This document shows, piece by piece, positions 50,561 to 62,715 of a stretch of 64,000 nucleotides of DNA. The position numbers were made by a program, and so were the translations under genes. The notes under the pieces were generated by a model that saw only the letters and a program-made list of their open reading frames with translations, had not been told where the DNA came from and searched no databases. Source of the stretch: Rhynchobatus australiae (taxonomy: Eukaryota); NCBI GenBank assembly GCA_034780895.1, contig JAUZTB010000087.1:100366986-100430985 (forward strand). The letters run 5' to 3'. Numbering within the stretch: the first letter of the stretch is position 1; every line of letters starts with the position of its first letter.

Positions 50561-50825
50561 CTTATGACACTGGAGCCAGGCGGCAGCTTTCGGGCGCCTC
50601 AGTGGGCAGTTATTTAATAATGACTAATTAACTCGTTTCGTGGGACGTATGTTTCTGCTAACTTTAAGGAGAGATGATTTTAAACTATTCCCTCCTGTTC
50701 TTTCTTTGATTTAAAAATAAACTTTATCTCCCGCTCGATCCCTCAGTCAGGTGCCACCGACTCTGCCGGAAGAAAGTTTAAAAATTTCGCGCGAGTTCCT
50801 GTCTGAACAGTTCCCGCCGAGTTAC

Positions 50826-50965
50826 TGCGCATGCACAGTGATGGAGGGGCGGCCGCAAATCGTCGTGTGGGCGGGCTGGCTGGGGTGTCCGCGCATGCGC
50901 GATGCATCAGGGGCGGCTGGACATGGGTGTGCGGACGGGTGGGCTGGGAGGGTCCGCGCATGCGC
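50826..50965. promoter_or_regulatory. Cluster of three NRF1-type motifs
   Basis: Palindromic GCGCATGCGC at 50891-50900 and 50956-50965, and TGCGCATGCA at 50826-50835; matches the NRF1 consensus TGCGCATGCGC. Confidence 0.75.
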
Positions 50966-52059
50966 TGCTGCCTCCCCCGTCCTCCCCAGACGGTCTGTCA
51001 GCCTCGGGCCAAGCTGGCAACGTGTCCAGTCCATGAGCGGGGAGAAAGGAGGACTGTCGATGTGGAGGTGGGTCAGATTTTTGGAGCGCACATGGACGGT
51101 AGTCCCCGCTGTAGTGTACAGCAGCCAGTGTGGGGAGATGGTACTGCACATGCACGTTGTGGAGCTAAGGCGGACAGATGTGCAGGTTTTCTCTGGACTG
51201 AACTCCAGACAGCTGTTGTAGGAGAAGCAGGAATCGGCTATTGAAAGTAAAGTCTCCAAAAGTAACACATACCGCCCATCACCCCCCTACCACCCCCCCC
51301 CCCCAGCTCGTATCATCGCTATTTACATCACAGTCTTTCATAGCGTTACGGAAACAGGCCCTTCGGCCCAACTGGTCCATGCAGACCAAGATTCCCATCT
51401 AAGCTTATACCGTTTGATGGGAATCTTGATCGGCTATCGCCACCTTATCACAGATATTTTTGTTCTCTCCAATCCTCCTTGCAATTTAAAACGTACTTGT
51501 ATCCTATCTTTTCCCAGTTTTGATGAAAGGTCAACGACCTGAAACTATAATTCTGTTTCTTACTCAGCAGATGCTGTCTGGCTCCTGAGGACTGTCTAGT
51601 TTATTTCAGAATTAAAACATCTACAATTTAGTTTTTATTTTCAAAGTACATGTTCAATTGATTATTTCGAAAGAGGGCAGCATTGCAAAATAGAGGCAGT
51701 TCCACATCTCTGAAGTTCCTCCAAATGATATTAAAGCAGGCATTGACTTAATAATAGCATGCTGCAGCATAGCTAGACTAGGGCAGGAGAGTCATTTCAG
51801 AGTTGAGGCTTGCTGACAATCTGGAAAGTGATGGTCAGAAAATTGCAGCATTCTGTGGAGAGAGAAACAGATTTTACATTTCAGGTCATGATGTATAATA
51901 ATAAAGCATGTATATTATTGCTGTAGTTATTGTTAGACTTAATAGACTGTGTTAAACTTTATGTGGACAGTTTGGGATAAACCAGGGACACCAAGAAGAT
52001 GGTGATACAAAATACATTCTACAATGTATTAAAACTTATGGAGACATTTATGTTAGTAC

Positions 52060-52590
52060 TACAAAGAACTTAGAAATAAGAGAAGTAGCCCATTTGGCCC
52101 CTTGTGCCTGTTCAGCCATTAAGATTATGGCTAAACTTCTACATTAGCACCACATTCTCATGCTAACTCTGTATCCATTGATTCTCTTAATAATTAAAAA
52201 TGATCAATTTCTATTTTGAATATACTCAGCAACTAAGTCTCCACAGCCATTCTCAGTAGAGAATTCCAAAGTTTCAGTCCTGAAAGGTTGCCTCATTTTG
52301 AGATTCTGACATCTTGCCACTCACCAACCTGGGGAAACATCAGCTCTGCATCTACCCTGTTTAGTCCCATAAGAATTTTGCTTCAATGTGATCACCTCTA
52401 TTTCTATATGCTAGAGAGTATAGGCCTAATCTTCTTAACCTCTTCTCAAAAGATAATCTTCCCATCCTAAAAATCAATAAGATGATTGGTTGTACTCCCT
52501 TTGTCACAAGTATATCCTTTCTTAATTAGGGGCTCAGCATTTCACGCAACATTCAAGATGACATTTCACCAGAGGCTTGTATAATTTAGG
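52060..52590 (-). mobile_element. CR1 3' fragment
   Basis: agaaataagagaagtagcccatttggcccctt.. tail and ORF2 C-terminal remnants. Confidence 0.7.
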
Positions 52591-54704
52591 ATGCCTAAGG
52601 TATGAAACCATATGTTTATGACATCTACCTGGGAAAGTAATCCACTAAAATTACTAGAGTCTGGAATGGATACTTCAGAGATGTCAACTGTAGGTTGTGG
52701 TGAAAGAATTTATTAAACAAGGAGACCAAGAAATTGAATGAAGTCATGATAAAAAAGATAATCTTTTTTAATGAATTGGTTGAAATTATAACGTTTTACT
52801 GTAGATAGTTAACAAATTTTATATTTTCATATACATAAATAGTTTGATTGTATGGGTTTATTTTCTTTTTAAAGGGAAAGCATGTTTTGCATACCTTTTA
52901 AAGATAGTTTGTAACAGGTGGTATAATACTTATTGTAACCAGGCAATGCAGTTTAGTTGAGAGTGTTTAATAAAGGATGTTCTGCTATTATTTCTACATC
53001 TGCTTATTTGATTATGAAAGCAGTCACACAAAAGAAACCAACAGCACAAGGTCTCCAATAAGAGCCTTGCCATCAAAACAGACTTCAATGAACAAATAAT
53101 CATTTGCTCTAGAAAAGCATTTTGTAGATGCCTACTGTACTTCCTTGAATGGGGATTCAGACTTGTGGTCTTCTGTTCTATGTCGCATAATTTTGTTGTC
53201 GGTGGGACGTAGCTACCATCAACTGGGCAACAATATGAGCAGCAAGAGGAGCAGAGGTATTGACTATCACTGTCCCATTAACCTAGAACTCATCGAAAAG
53301 CTCCAGGCAGTAGAAGCATTGCTGGAGCATTTTAAATTAAAACGATACTCATAGGATACTTCCTGTCAAGAAAATTAATTATTATATATTATGAATTATA
53401 ATGATGATAAAGCACAATGGACCATGGCCTCCAGTATTGTACTTTGAAATTAAATGATATAAATAACCAGAGGAACATATTTATATATTATTTTTAAGAT
53501 TTCAAGACATGCTAAAGATCTAAATAGCCTTATTAACTAAATAACTATAGACAGCACTTTTAAAATGAACAGATTGTTTTCCATTTTAGTAACCTTTGAA
53601 TGAGCACAATACATCAGAATACAAATGTTCTGCTTATTCAAACATGGGTTCAATCCTTGGATTTTCCCGAGTTACATTTGCTATTAGATGACATTGCATG
53701 GAGGCCTCGTCCATTTTCATAAGGACAGGTGAGTTAATTCCAAGGTTTTCTCATGCTTCAATATTTTCCTAGCTTTGGCCCCAAACATTAATTCCATTGC
53801 CTTGGAAGGTTAGGTGGCAGGATGAAATCTGAAACTCTTTGAGAAAAGATAATCTTTTTTAATGCAATATCTTGGTAAGTCTGCCATTTGTATCTCTATG
53901 GAATGATAAGTCATTGAAGTATGGACATTCCAGGTGAATTTGGTTTTATATATAGAATTTTTTTGCATTTGCATATAAATCCAATAAATAATAACTTGAG
54001 GCTTTTTATTTCACTAAGATCTGCCAGAAGTTCAATACATGATTTATTCGTTTCTGGGACTCTATGAGACTCAGTGTTCATTTCAGGGTTTGTTCCAAGA
54101 GTAAAAATCAAATGCAAAGGCTCTTTTGTCTATAAATGGCTGAGTATGTCTCACTTCCAATGGTAACATTTCGTAAAAATAGAATAATGTGAACGAGTAT
54201 GGTGTGTCTGAGATTGATGGTTCCTGTTTCATGGGATTTCTTAAGACTGAATGCAGATCATAAAACACAGCCCTGCTGGATTCCATTAACTGAAATATTT
54301 CCTACACATATCACATCCCTAGACCTGGAAAGTTTCACTGTTTTACTCTGTCTGCATTCTGAGAACAAAGATGATTCTACTGAGAATAGCTTCTGGTTAC
54401 TGAGAATACTGTGTTTACTTTAACAATCCTGGGGAGAAAAAAAAAATCAGTCTTAATTAGATTTTCAATTAATCATTGGAAGTTACAAGGAAGAGGTTTC
54501 ATGTCCTTTTTTGAGTGGTAAATTTGGAATCATGTTTATTGAAACCTNNNNNNNNNNNNATTAACCCCAAACCAATGAAGTAGATAATGATTAAAGAATT
54601 GATAAAAAAAGTTAGTAGCTTTTACGCAGGGATTAAAAGAAGTGGTGATGAGGTAGAACTGGGTGTATTTGACATACATTTGAGCCTGACCTGTTTTTAG
54701 ATTA

Positions 54705-54870
54705 ACAATTAATCTGCTGGAGGAACTCAGCGAGTCGAGCAGCATCTATAGGGTGAAAGGAATTGTTGGTCAATTCCTTATCTCCCACAGATGCTGCTTG
54801 ACTTGTTGAGTTCCTTTAGCAGATTGTTTGTTGCTCCATATTCCAGCATCTGCACTCTCTTGTGTCTCTT
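54705..54870. repeat. Fold-back (inverted-arm) Penelope-derived short element; best example of about 15 copies
   Basis: Arms 54711-54765 and 54771-54825 are reverse complements (roughly 80% by eye) around the loop TTGGT; family motif cagatgctg..ctgagttcctccagca. Confidence 0.8.
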
Positions 54871-55989
54871 TTATTAGATAATCTTGGTAAAAGGCAGCAT
54901 GCAAATGAGATCCTTGTGTTATGTCATTGTTATTCACTCACAATCCCCTAAGGATAAGTAATGCTGGGAAATTAGCAGGGATTCTAAGGACAGAGAAAAT
55001 CAACCAGAAATCCTGACAAATAGGAGAAATTATTTTGATAGATTATGTTATGGGTCTTGAAAGGTACTGATTGAGTTGAACTATATTCCAATTACTGAAA
55101 AAGGTAAATTAAATTAAAATCAATAGTATAAGCCTTCTAGGACTGATAAATATTGGGCTAGAAAAGGCATGTGCCATTGACTTCTGTAACAGTATCTTCG
55201 AAGAAAAAAAATCCAGATCCAGGACAATTGTGAAATGAATGGATGGCATAACCATTAGTGCAAATCATTATAACAAATGTTCTCCTCTAATGGAGGGCAT
55301 CAATAACACAACTAATCCAACATAACTGTACAAACTAAAGATACATTATATTTGGTTTCTTTCTTTAATAATGATGTCACTGCCCTCTGATGCCCATGGA
55401 TTGCAGAAGCCTTCGGGCATTCCAATCGACACTGGGTGGCACCTCTCCTCAGTGTACTACACTGATGTTCAGCTTCTTTCTCTCTTCATTGGTATTGACT
55501 GGCCCTTTGGAAATGATCAGCTCTGTTCTTAAATCTAGATAATTCAATTTCAAAGCCAATGACCTGCAAACTCCTTTCGCATCTTAGTCATTAATTGGCT
55601 AGAACTGAAAGCACCAGTGATTTTGAACAGTTATGAAGTCTAGATTAAGGGAAATTTTCAGATGAACTATTAAATGCCAAAAAGCTGAAGCACTAATGGA
55701 TATAAGCACCTTGTTACTTCTTAAACTGATTATACTCTCAGAAACTTCAATTCCCTGTCCTGTCTGCTAAAGTGTGGTGGAAGTAGAAAACCAAATGCAC
55801 CTATATAAAGGGGCAGGTGCAGTTGAAGTGCTAGGGAGGTAAGGATACAGGGAAAAATATTACTTGTGCTAGGATTCATATTGGAATTATACCAGTTTTT
55901 ATGCACCAAATAAGTATAAACTTTATTTTTTTATGTTCTTGGTGTCTGTACATTATAGAAAGATAAAATTAGGAGACAATCAGCCCCTT

Positions 55990-56615
55990 GACTCTGTTTT
56001 GTTACTCAGGTCACGGCACTCTGAGGTATTATATTTAATTAGGAGCCTATACATAGAAAAGACAAGGAGGGTCTGGAGAGGGTGCAGAGAAGATGTGATT
56101 CCAGGAATGAAGGATTATAGTTATATGTACAGTCTGGAGGAATTGGTTTTAAAATTAAGATTGAGATTTAATTTGAAAGGTTTAAAATGTGAGGGGTTTA
56201 GATAAGCTACAAGCCAACTATTTCCAATGACTGAAGGATAAATAGAGGATGCAGATTTAAGTTAATTGGCAAAAGAACTAGAGGAGCATGAGGAAAACTC
56301 TTTATCATATATTGTGTGGTGAGGATCTTAAATGCACTATCTGATGAAACTAAAAACAAAATGCTGTAAATACTCAGCAGATCAGGCAACAAGTATGGCG
56401 AGAGAGAGTTGGTGTTTCAAGTTGATGACCTTTCATCAGAGCCAACAGATTGTATGGTGGTCATAGATTTAATAATGGTTTCCAATGGAAATTGGATAAA
56501 TAGACTAAAGGTTAAAATCATTTGTAGTTATATTGGAAAAGGACAGGGCATGAGACCAACTGGAAGAGCCAGAAGAGATATGATGGGTCAAATGCCCCAC
56601 TATGGTTCCATGTGA
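55990..56615 (+). mobile_element. Decayed CR1 3' fragment interrupted by a fold-back-family arm (56350-56442)
   Basis: ctggagagggtgcagagaaga..ccaggaatgaagg..tttaagttaattggcaaaagaac. Confidence 0.65.
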
Positions 56616-59174
56616 TGTAGAATTAAGATTTGAAGAATGTTCTTGTTGAAGAACCAGTTAGAAAATTAGATGCAAAGTATGGAGTAACTGCAGAGACCCG
56701 TCTGTTACTGCAAAATTTCAAATACCAATTTTCTACAATATACCATCTTCATTTTTGGAACTGATCAATGTGGCGGTATGGACTTCTCTCTTGCCTAGTC
56801 CCTGTCTTTTTAAACCCTCTGGGACTAGCTAATAGCCTGTTTGTTTCTAATGGCAGAAGCTCTCATGAAACTAGGCAATCCCATAGAAGGAGGATGTAGG
56901 AACCTGTTCCAGTATCATAGCCTTTAAATCTCAACCTTATCACAGACTTGAAAAATTACTGTAAAAAGAACCTGTGCAGGAGGAGAGGGAACTAACATTG
57001 CAGGAAAGAAAGCCTGAATTTTCATCCTGTTTTACCACTAGGGGTAGCAAGTGAACTGTGATTCTGCCGCAGGATTAGAGGCACAGATTACATCAGAGTA
57101 AGGTTGTAAACATTGATCATTGAGCAGCAGAATCTGATGAAATCTTCTGTTATACAATTAACTTGATTTTTCAATGAATTATTTTGATCAAATTCACAAA
57201 GTTTTGTTCAACAATTGAGAGGGTGTTGCTGCAGGTCACAATGTTGACCACATTAGTGTTAAAAAATTAAATTCTGTCACCTGATTCTTAACATATTTTT
57301 AGGTTGACAATATTGTTAAATGTTTTGTGAAATCACTGTGTAGTTAATTTTGGTAAAGGAAAGAAGACTCAATTAAATAAAAAACAATGAAGACATTTTT
57401 AGTAGTTTACATCTTCTGAATAGGTATTTCTATTGGTCATACATTAATTCATTTGTATTGGAGTAAAATATTCAGGGAAAAGGAAACTGCCTTCAAGCAA
57501 TCTACAAATGTCAGAGAAACAAATTAAGTTAGAAAGTAGGAATTAAGTAGTAAAGCTAGGTGTAACTTGTTCATCCACGGGTTATTAATATAAACTAATA
57601 AAATCATTGAAATGAGGGATCAAGAGATTAAATATACTCCTGCAGAAAAAAAATATTTTTTTAATGTTGGGGAGATTGATATGTGTATTTTATCTATGCA
57701 AATGAAATAAGCTTGTCTTCTTTATAAATATTGTTATAATTTATATGGGCAATGAGTTCCCAATTGCATTAATACCAGTATTGTTGAACTGAGATGAGCT
57801 ATAATGGGAAGTTCAATTCTCTCAGTTAGTGCACAATTTTGGCTTTGTGTGCTATATAGCTGCATTATGTAGTGTTTCTGTGGCCACAGGTAAAATTTCA
57901 TTCCAATTAATCTGCATCTACCTTGTGTTCTTTGACTTGTCTTTTAGTGAATCAACAGTGTTACGGGCAAAAACAGAATGCTGGAAAAAGTCAGCCAATC
58001 AGCCAGCGTCTGTGGAAAGAGAAACCATTTAACTTTTTGGTCAGGGACCTTTCCTCAGAACTTGGGGAAGAGTGGAGGTGTGTTAGTTCTCAAGGCAGAG
58101 ATGGTGGGAGGAGTGAGGTGGAAGACAAAAGACAATATGGAAACAGAAACCACTGAGAGTGAACAATGTGAAAGTTAAACAAAGTTTGGTACAAATTCCA
58201 GCTAACAAGGGAATAGACAATACAAGTACAAGGAGTCACAGCTAACACATGGGTCAAAGTTCAGACATTCTGCACTGCCAATCCTTTGTATGTGTGCCAC
58301 AAACCAAGTGGATGCACATTCCCACAAAGAAGTCCTACAAAGGATGTTAATGAGGTTCTTTTGAAAGGGTATTGAGATTCTGCTGCCAGAGTTGCTTCTT
58401 GAAAACTACCAGGACATTTTTATCCCCCAGATTTCTTATGTTTACAGTCTTTTGCTTTATTGAACAGAGAGGTGAAAATCATAATTGTCAACTAATGCGT
58501 TTTATGTCTACAACTTTTTGATTTTTTTTTCTGATGTGGATTCACTACTTTAAATCGAGTTACCTCATTATCTTTATGTAGTTTGGTGCTCCACAGTGGC
58601 CATGCAAGGGACAGTGCAGCTGTATGACAAGAGTTGACTTGACGATCCCTTGAAATTGGTCGTTGGACCCCACCATAGTGATCTTGATTTGCTCTGAGAA
58701 TACATATTGCACAACCAGTTCCACCGACCATCTTGCAGAAGATAAATTATGGACAGGAGTGGTGGTGGTGAGGGGTGTGAACAGTGGGGAGAAAAGGAAA
58801 GAAATGATTGTAGGCCAGCTTGAAGTGGAGTTAAGAGCACTCATGTTCTCTCCAGCTCCAGAGGTGGGCTATAAAAAGTTTGTTGAACCATTTCTTCTGA
58901 GAGCTCCAGATTTCTTTTAAGGATTGGTCAACAAAATTCATAGTTTTTAGGCTGACATAATTCCTGCATTAAGCATTGAAGCTATCTTTCACTCTCACTA
59001 TCATTCCCCCTATTTTCCTGAAACCTGATACATTTAGTTCTAAATGTTTCAGATTTAGTTCTAAATCTGGACTCATTAGTCACAGTTCAGACTCTACATT
59101 GCCAGCCTGTTGCATGTGCTGTCACTGAAAAAAAGGCAAATTCCCACGAGGAAGTCCAAAGCAATGGCACAGTG

Positions 59175-61428
59175 ATGCCTGTGAGATGGCTTTTTAGAGC
59201 AGCTTGTGGTCAAGCCAATTAGGGAAAAGGCAATTCTGATTTGGTGCTGTGCAATGAACCAACTTTGATTAGGGAACTTAAGGTAAAGGAACCCTTAAGA
59301 GGCAGTGATTATAATATGATAGAATTCACCATGCAGTTTGAGAGGGAGAAGCTAAAATCGGATGTATCTGTATTACAGTTGAGTAAAGGTAACTACAGAG
59401 GCATGAGAGAGGAGCTGGCCAAAGATGACTGGAAGGGGACCCTAGCAGGGATGACGGTAGAGCAGCAATGGCAGGATTTTCTTGGAGTAATTCGGAAGCT
59501 GCAGGATCAGTTCATCCTAAAGAAGAGGAAGCATTCTAAAGGGAGAATGAGGCAACCGTTGTCACAAGGGAAGCTGAAGGCATAAAAGGAAAAGAGGGCA
59601 TACAATATCACAAAAAATAGTGGGAAGCTAGAGGATTGGGAAGCTTTTTAAAGCCAACAGAAGGCAACTAAAAAGCAATAAGGTGAGAAAAGATGAAATA
59701 TGAAAGTAAGCTAGCCAATAATATACAAGAGGATACCAAAAGTTTTGTAAGATATATAAAGAGTAAAAAAGAGGCAAAAGTGGACATCGGACCTCTGGAA
59801 AGTGATGCAGGAGAGGTAGAAATGGGGAAGAAAGAAATAGCGGATGAACTGAATAAGTATTTTGCATCAGTCTTCACTGTGGAAGACACCAGCAATGTTC
59901 CAGAAATTTGAGAGAGTCAGGGGGCAGAAGTGAGTGCAGGTGCTTGGGCAGCTGAAAGGTCTGAAGGTAGATAAGTCACCTGGACTGGATGGACTACACC
60001 CCAGGGTTAAAGAGGTAGCTGAAGAAATTATGGAGGTATTAGCAGTGATTTTCCAAGTATCAGTAGATTCAGGAATGATTCCAGAGGTCTGGAAAATCGC
60101 AAATGTCGCTCCACTCTTTAAGAAGGGAGGGAGGCAAAAGACAAGAAAATATAGGCCAGTTAGCTTGTCTTCAGTGGTTGGTAAGATGTTAGAGTCTATG
60201 ATTAAGGATGAGGTTTCTGGGTACTTGGAAGCTCATGATAAAATAGGCTGAAGTCAGTATGGTTTCCTTAAGGGGAAATCTTGCCTTAGGTAGAAGATTG
60301 GCTGACTGGAAGAAGGCAAAGAGTGGGAATAAAGGGGGCCTTTTTTGGTTGGCTGCCAGTGACTATTGGTGTTCCGCAGGGATCAGTGTTGGATCCGCTA
60401 CTTTTCACGTTATATGTTAATGATCTGGATGATGGAATTGATGGCTTTGTGGTCAAGTTTGCAGATGATACAAAGTTAAGTGGAAGGGCAGGTAGTGTTG
60501 AGGAAGCAGGGAGTCTGCAGAAGGACTTGGACAGATTGGGGAATGGGCAAAGAAGTTAGTATAGGGAAGGGTAGAGTCATGCACTTTGGTAGAAGGAATA
60601 ATGACGTAGACTATTTTCTAAATGGAGAGTGAATTCAGAGATTGGAGGTGCAAAGGGACTTGGGACTCCTAGTGCAGGATTCCCTAAAGATTAACTTGCA
60701 GATTGAGTCGGTAGTAAGGAAGGCAAATGCAATGTTAGAATTTATTTCAAGAGGACCAGAATACAAGAGCAACGATGCAATGCTGAGGCTTTATAAGGCA
60801 TAGGTCAGACTACATTTGGAGTATTGTCAGCAGTTTTGGGTCCTATATATAGGGAAGGGCGTGCTGGCATTGGAGAGGGTCCAGAGGAGGTTTACAATAA
60901 TGATCCCAGGAATGAAAGGGTTAATGTATGAAGNNNNNNNNNNNNNNNNNNNNNNNNNNNNNNNNNNNNNNNNNNNNNNNNNNNNNNNNNNNNNNNNNNN
61001 NNNNNNNNNNNNNNNNNNNNNNNNNNNNNNNNNCTCACTGGAAGTTAGAAGGATGAATGGGGATCTCATCGAAACCTACTGAATATTGAAAGACATGGAT
61101 AGAGCTGACGTGGAGGGGATGTTTCCAGTAGTGGTAGAGTCTAGGACCAGAGGGCATAGCCTCAGAATAGAAGGACATCCTTTTAGAACAGAGATGAGGA
61201 GGAATTTCTTTAGCCAGAGGGTGGTGAATCTGTGGAATTCATCCGTGGAAGTCATTGGGTATATTTAAATAGGTTGATAGGTTCTTGATTAGTAAGGCAT
61301 CAAAGGTTATGGGGAGAAGGCTGGAGAATGGGTTGAGAGGAAAAAATAAATCAGCCATAATCCAATGGCAGGACAGACTTGATGGGCCAAATAACCTAAT
61401 TCTGCTCCTGTGTCTTATGGTTTTATGA
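59175..61428 (+). mobile_element. 5'-truncated CR1 LINE, ORF2 pseudogene with internal deletion
   Basis: EPLRGSDYNMIEF, DKSPGLDGLHPRV, WKIANVAPLFKKG..YRPVSLSSVVGK, GVPQGSVLDPLLF.LYVNDLD, KFADDTK; frameshifts and stops; tail tcttatggttttatga. Confidence 0.93.
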
Positions 61429-62249
61429 ACTACCATATGATATTCTCCAAGTTGCATCTGCAGTTGTTCCTTATCTGCAGTGCATTTGTATGAAGTATCA
61501 CAGGCCAAGCAAACTTTATTTTAAACTGCGATCTTTATTTTTTTGGTATCAAAACATAGGTTTCCCATTCTGGTGGTTGGAATATTTAAGAGGTGTAAAT
61601 GATCCTTTAAAAATTTTGGTGGACCAAAGTTCTTTAATGTCATGCATTACCTACATACATCTTTATTATCTATTCATGTTTCACGTCTGCATGCAGTGAA
61701 ATTGAATACCAAATTTTATGGCTTCAGTTTTGATTTCATGCTAAGTGGGTAAAAGGTTATGCATTTGAAATCATTTTNNNNNNNNNNNNNNNNNNNNNNN
61801 NNNNNNNNNNNNNNNNNNNNNNNNNNNNNNNNNNNNNNNNNNNNNNNNNNNNNNNNNNNNNNNNNNNNNNNNNNNNNNNNNNNNNNNNNNNNNNNNNNNN
61901 NNNNNNNNNNNNNNNNNNNNNNNNNNNNNNNNNNNNNNNNNNNNNNNNNNNNNNNNNNNNNNNNNNNNNNNNNNNNNNNNNNNNNNNNNNNNNNNNNNNN
62001 NNNNNNNNNNNNNNNNNNNNNNNNNNNNNNNNNNNNNNNNNNNNNNNNNNNNNNNNNNNNNNNNNNNNNNNNNNNNNNNNNNNNNNNNNNNNNNNNNNNN
62101 ACTACAATCTGAAAATACTAAAGGCTATATGTTACATTGTTTAAAAAAGTATCCTTGCACAAGTATCAATAGAAACGATTGAGAACTCCTCATCATCTAT
62201 TATCAGTCCTAGGGGATCACAGACGTCCAGCAACAATAATGTCAAGCAA

Positions 62250-62715
62250 GCTTTTTTATTGCCTATTTATTGGAATATGAGGGTCGTTTATCATTCTTGT
62301 CAAGTTGGTGGACAGCCACCTTCCTGAATCTTGGCAGTTCCACTGCTGAAGGTATTCCCAATGTTGGTTATGGAGTTCCAGGATTTAGATCCAGTGATGA
62401 TAAGGGAACGGCAATCAATGTCCAAATGGGATGGTGTGAAAGACGTCAGCAGGGTGATGGTGTTCCCATGCATCTGCTGACCTTGTCATTCTTGGTATAT
62501 GCCTAGAGTAACCTAGACAAGTAACCGCAGTACATTTTGTAGATTGTGAACACTGGTGCCATGGTGTGCTGGTGGAGGGGAAGAACATTTAGGGTGGTGG
62601 ATGAAATGCCAGTCAAGCGGGTTGTGTTGTCCTGGATGGTGCTGGATTTCCTAAGTTTTGTTGAAGCTGTGCCAATTCAGGCAATGGAGAGGATTTAATC
62701 ACACTGCTGGCTTTG
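62250..62715 (-). mobile_element. 3' fragment of the LINE family at 16975-17480
   Basis: Colinear similarity: gtggacagccaccttcctgaa, gttccaggatttagatcca, gtgttcccatgcatctgctg. Confidence 0.75.

Larger units (their letters stand above)
50260..51320. promoter_or_regulatory. CpG island / DONSON promoter, probably bidirectional
   Basis: Only strongly GC- and CpG-rich segment in an AT-rich window; spans DONSON exon 1; GC boxes such as GGGGCGG near 50847 and 50910. Confidence 0.88.

Noticed and set aside
50743-51268. Several overlapping 70-156 aa ORFs upstream of DONSON
   Set aside because: Expected from stop-codon depletion in a GC-rich island; no recognisable domain.
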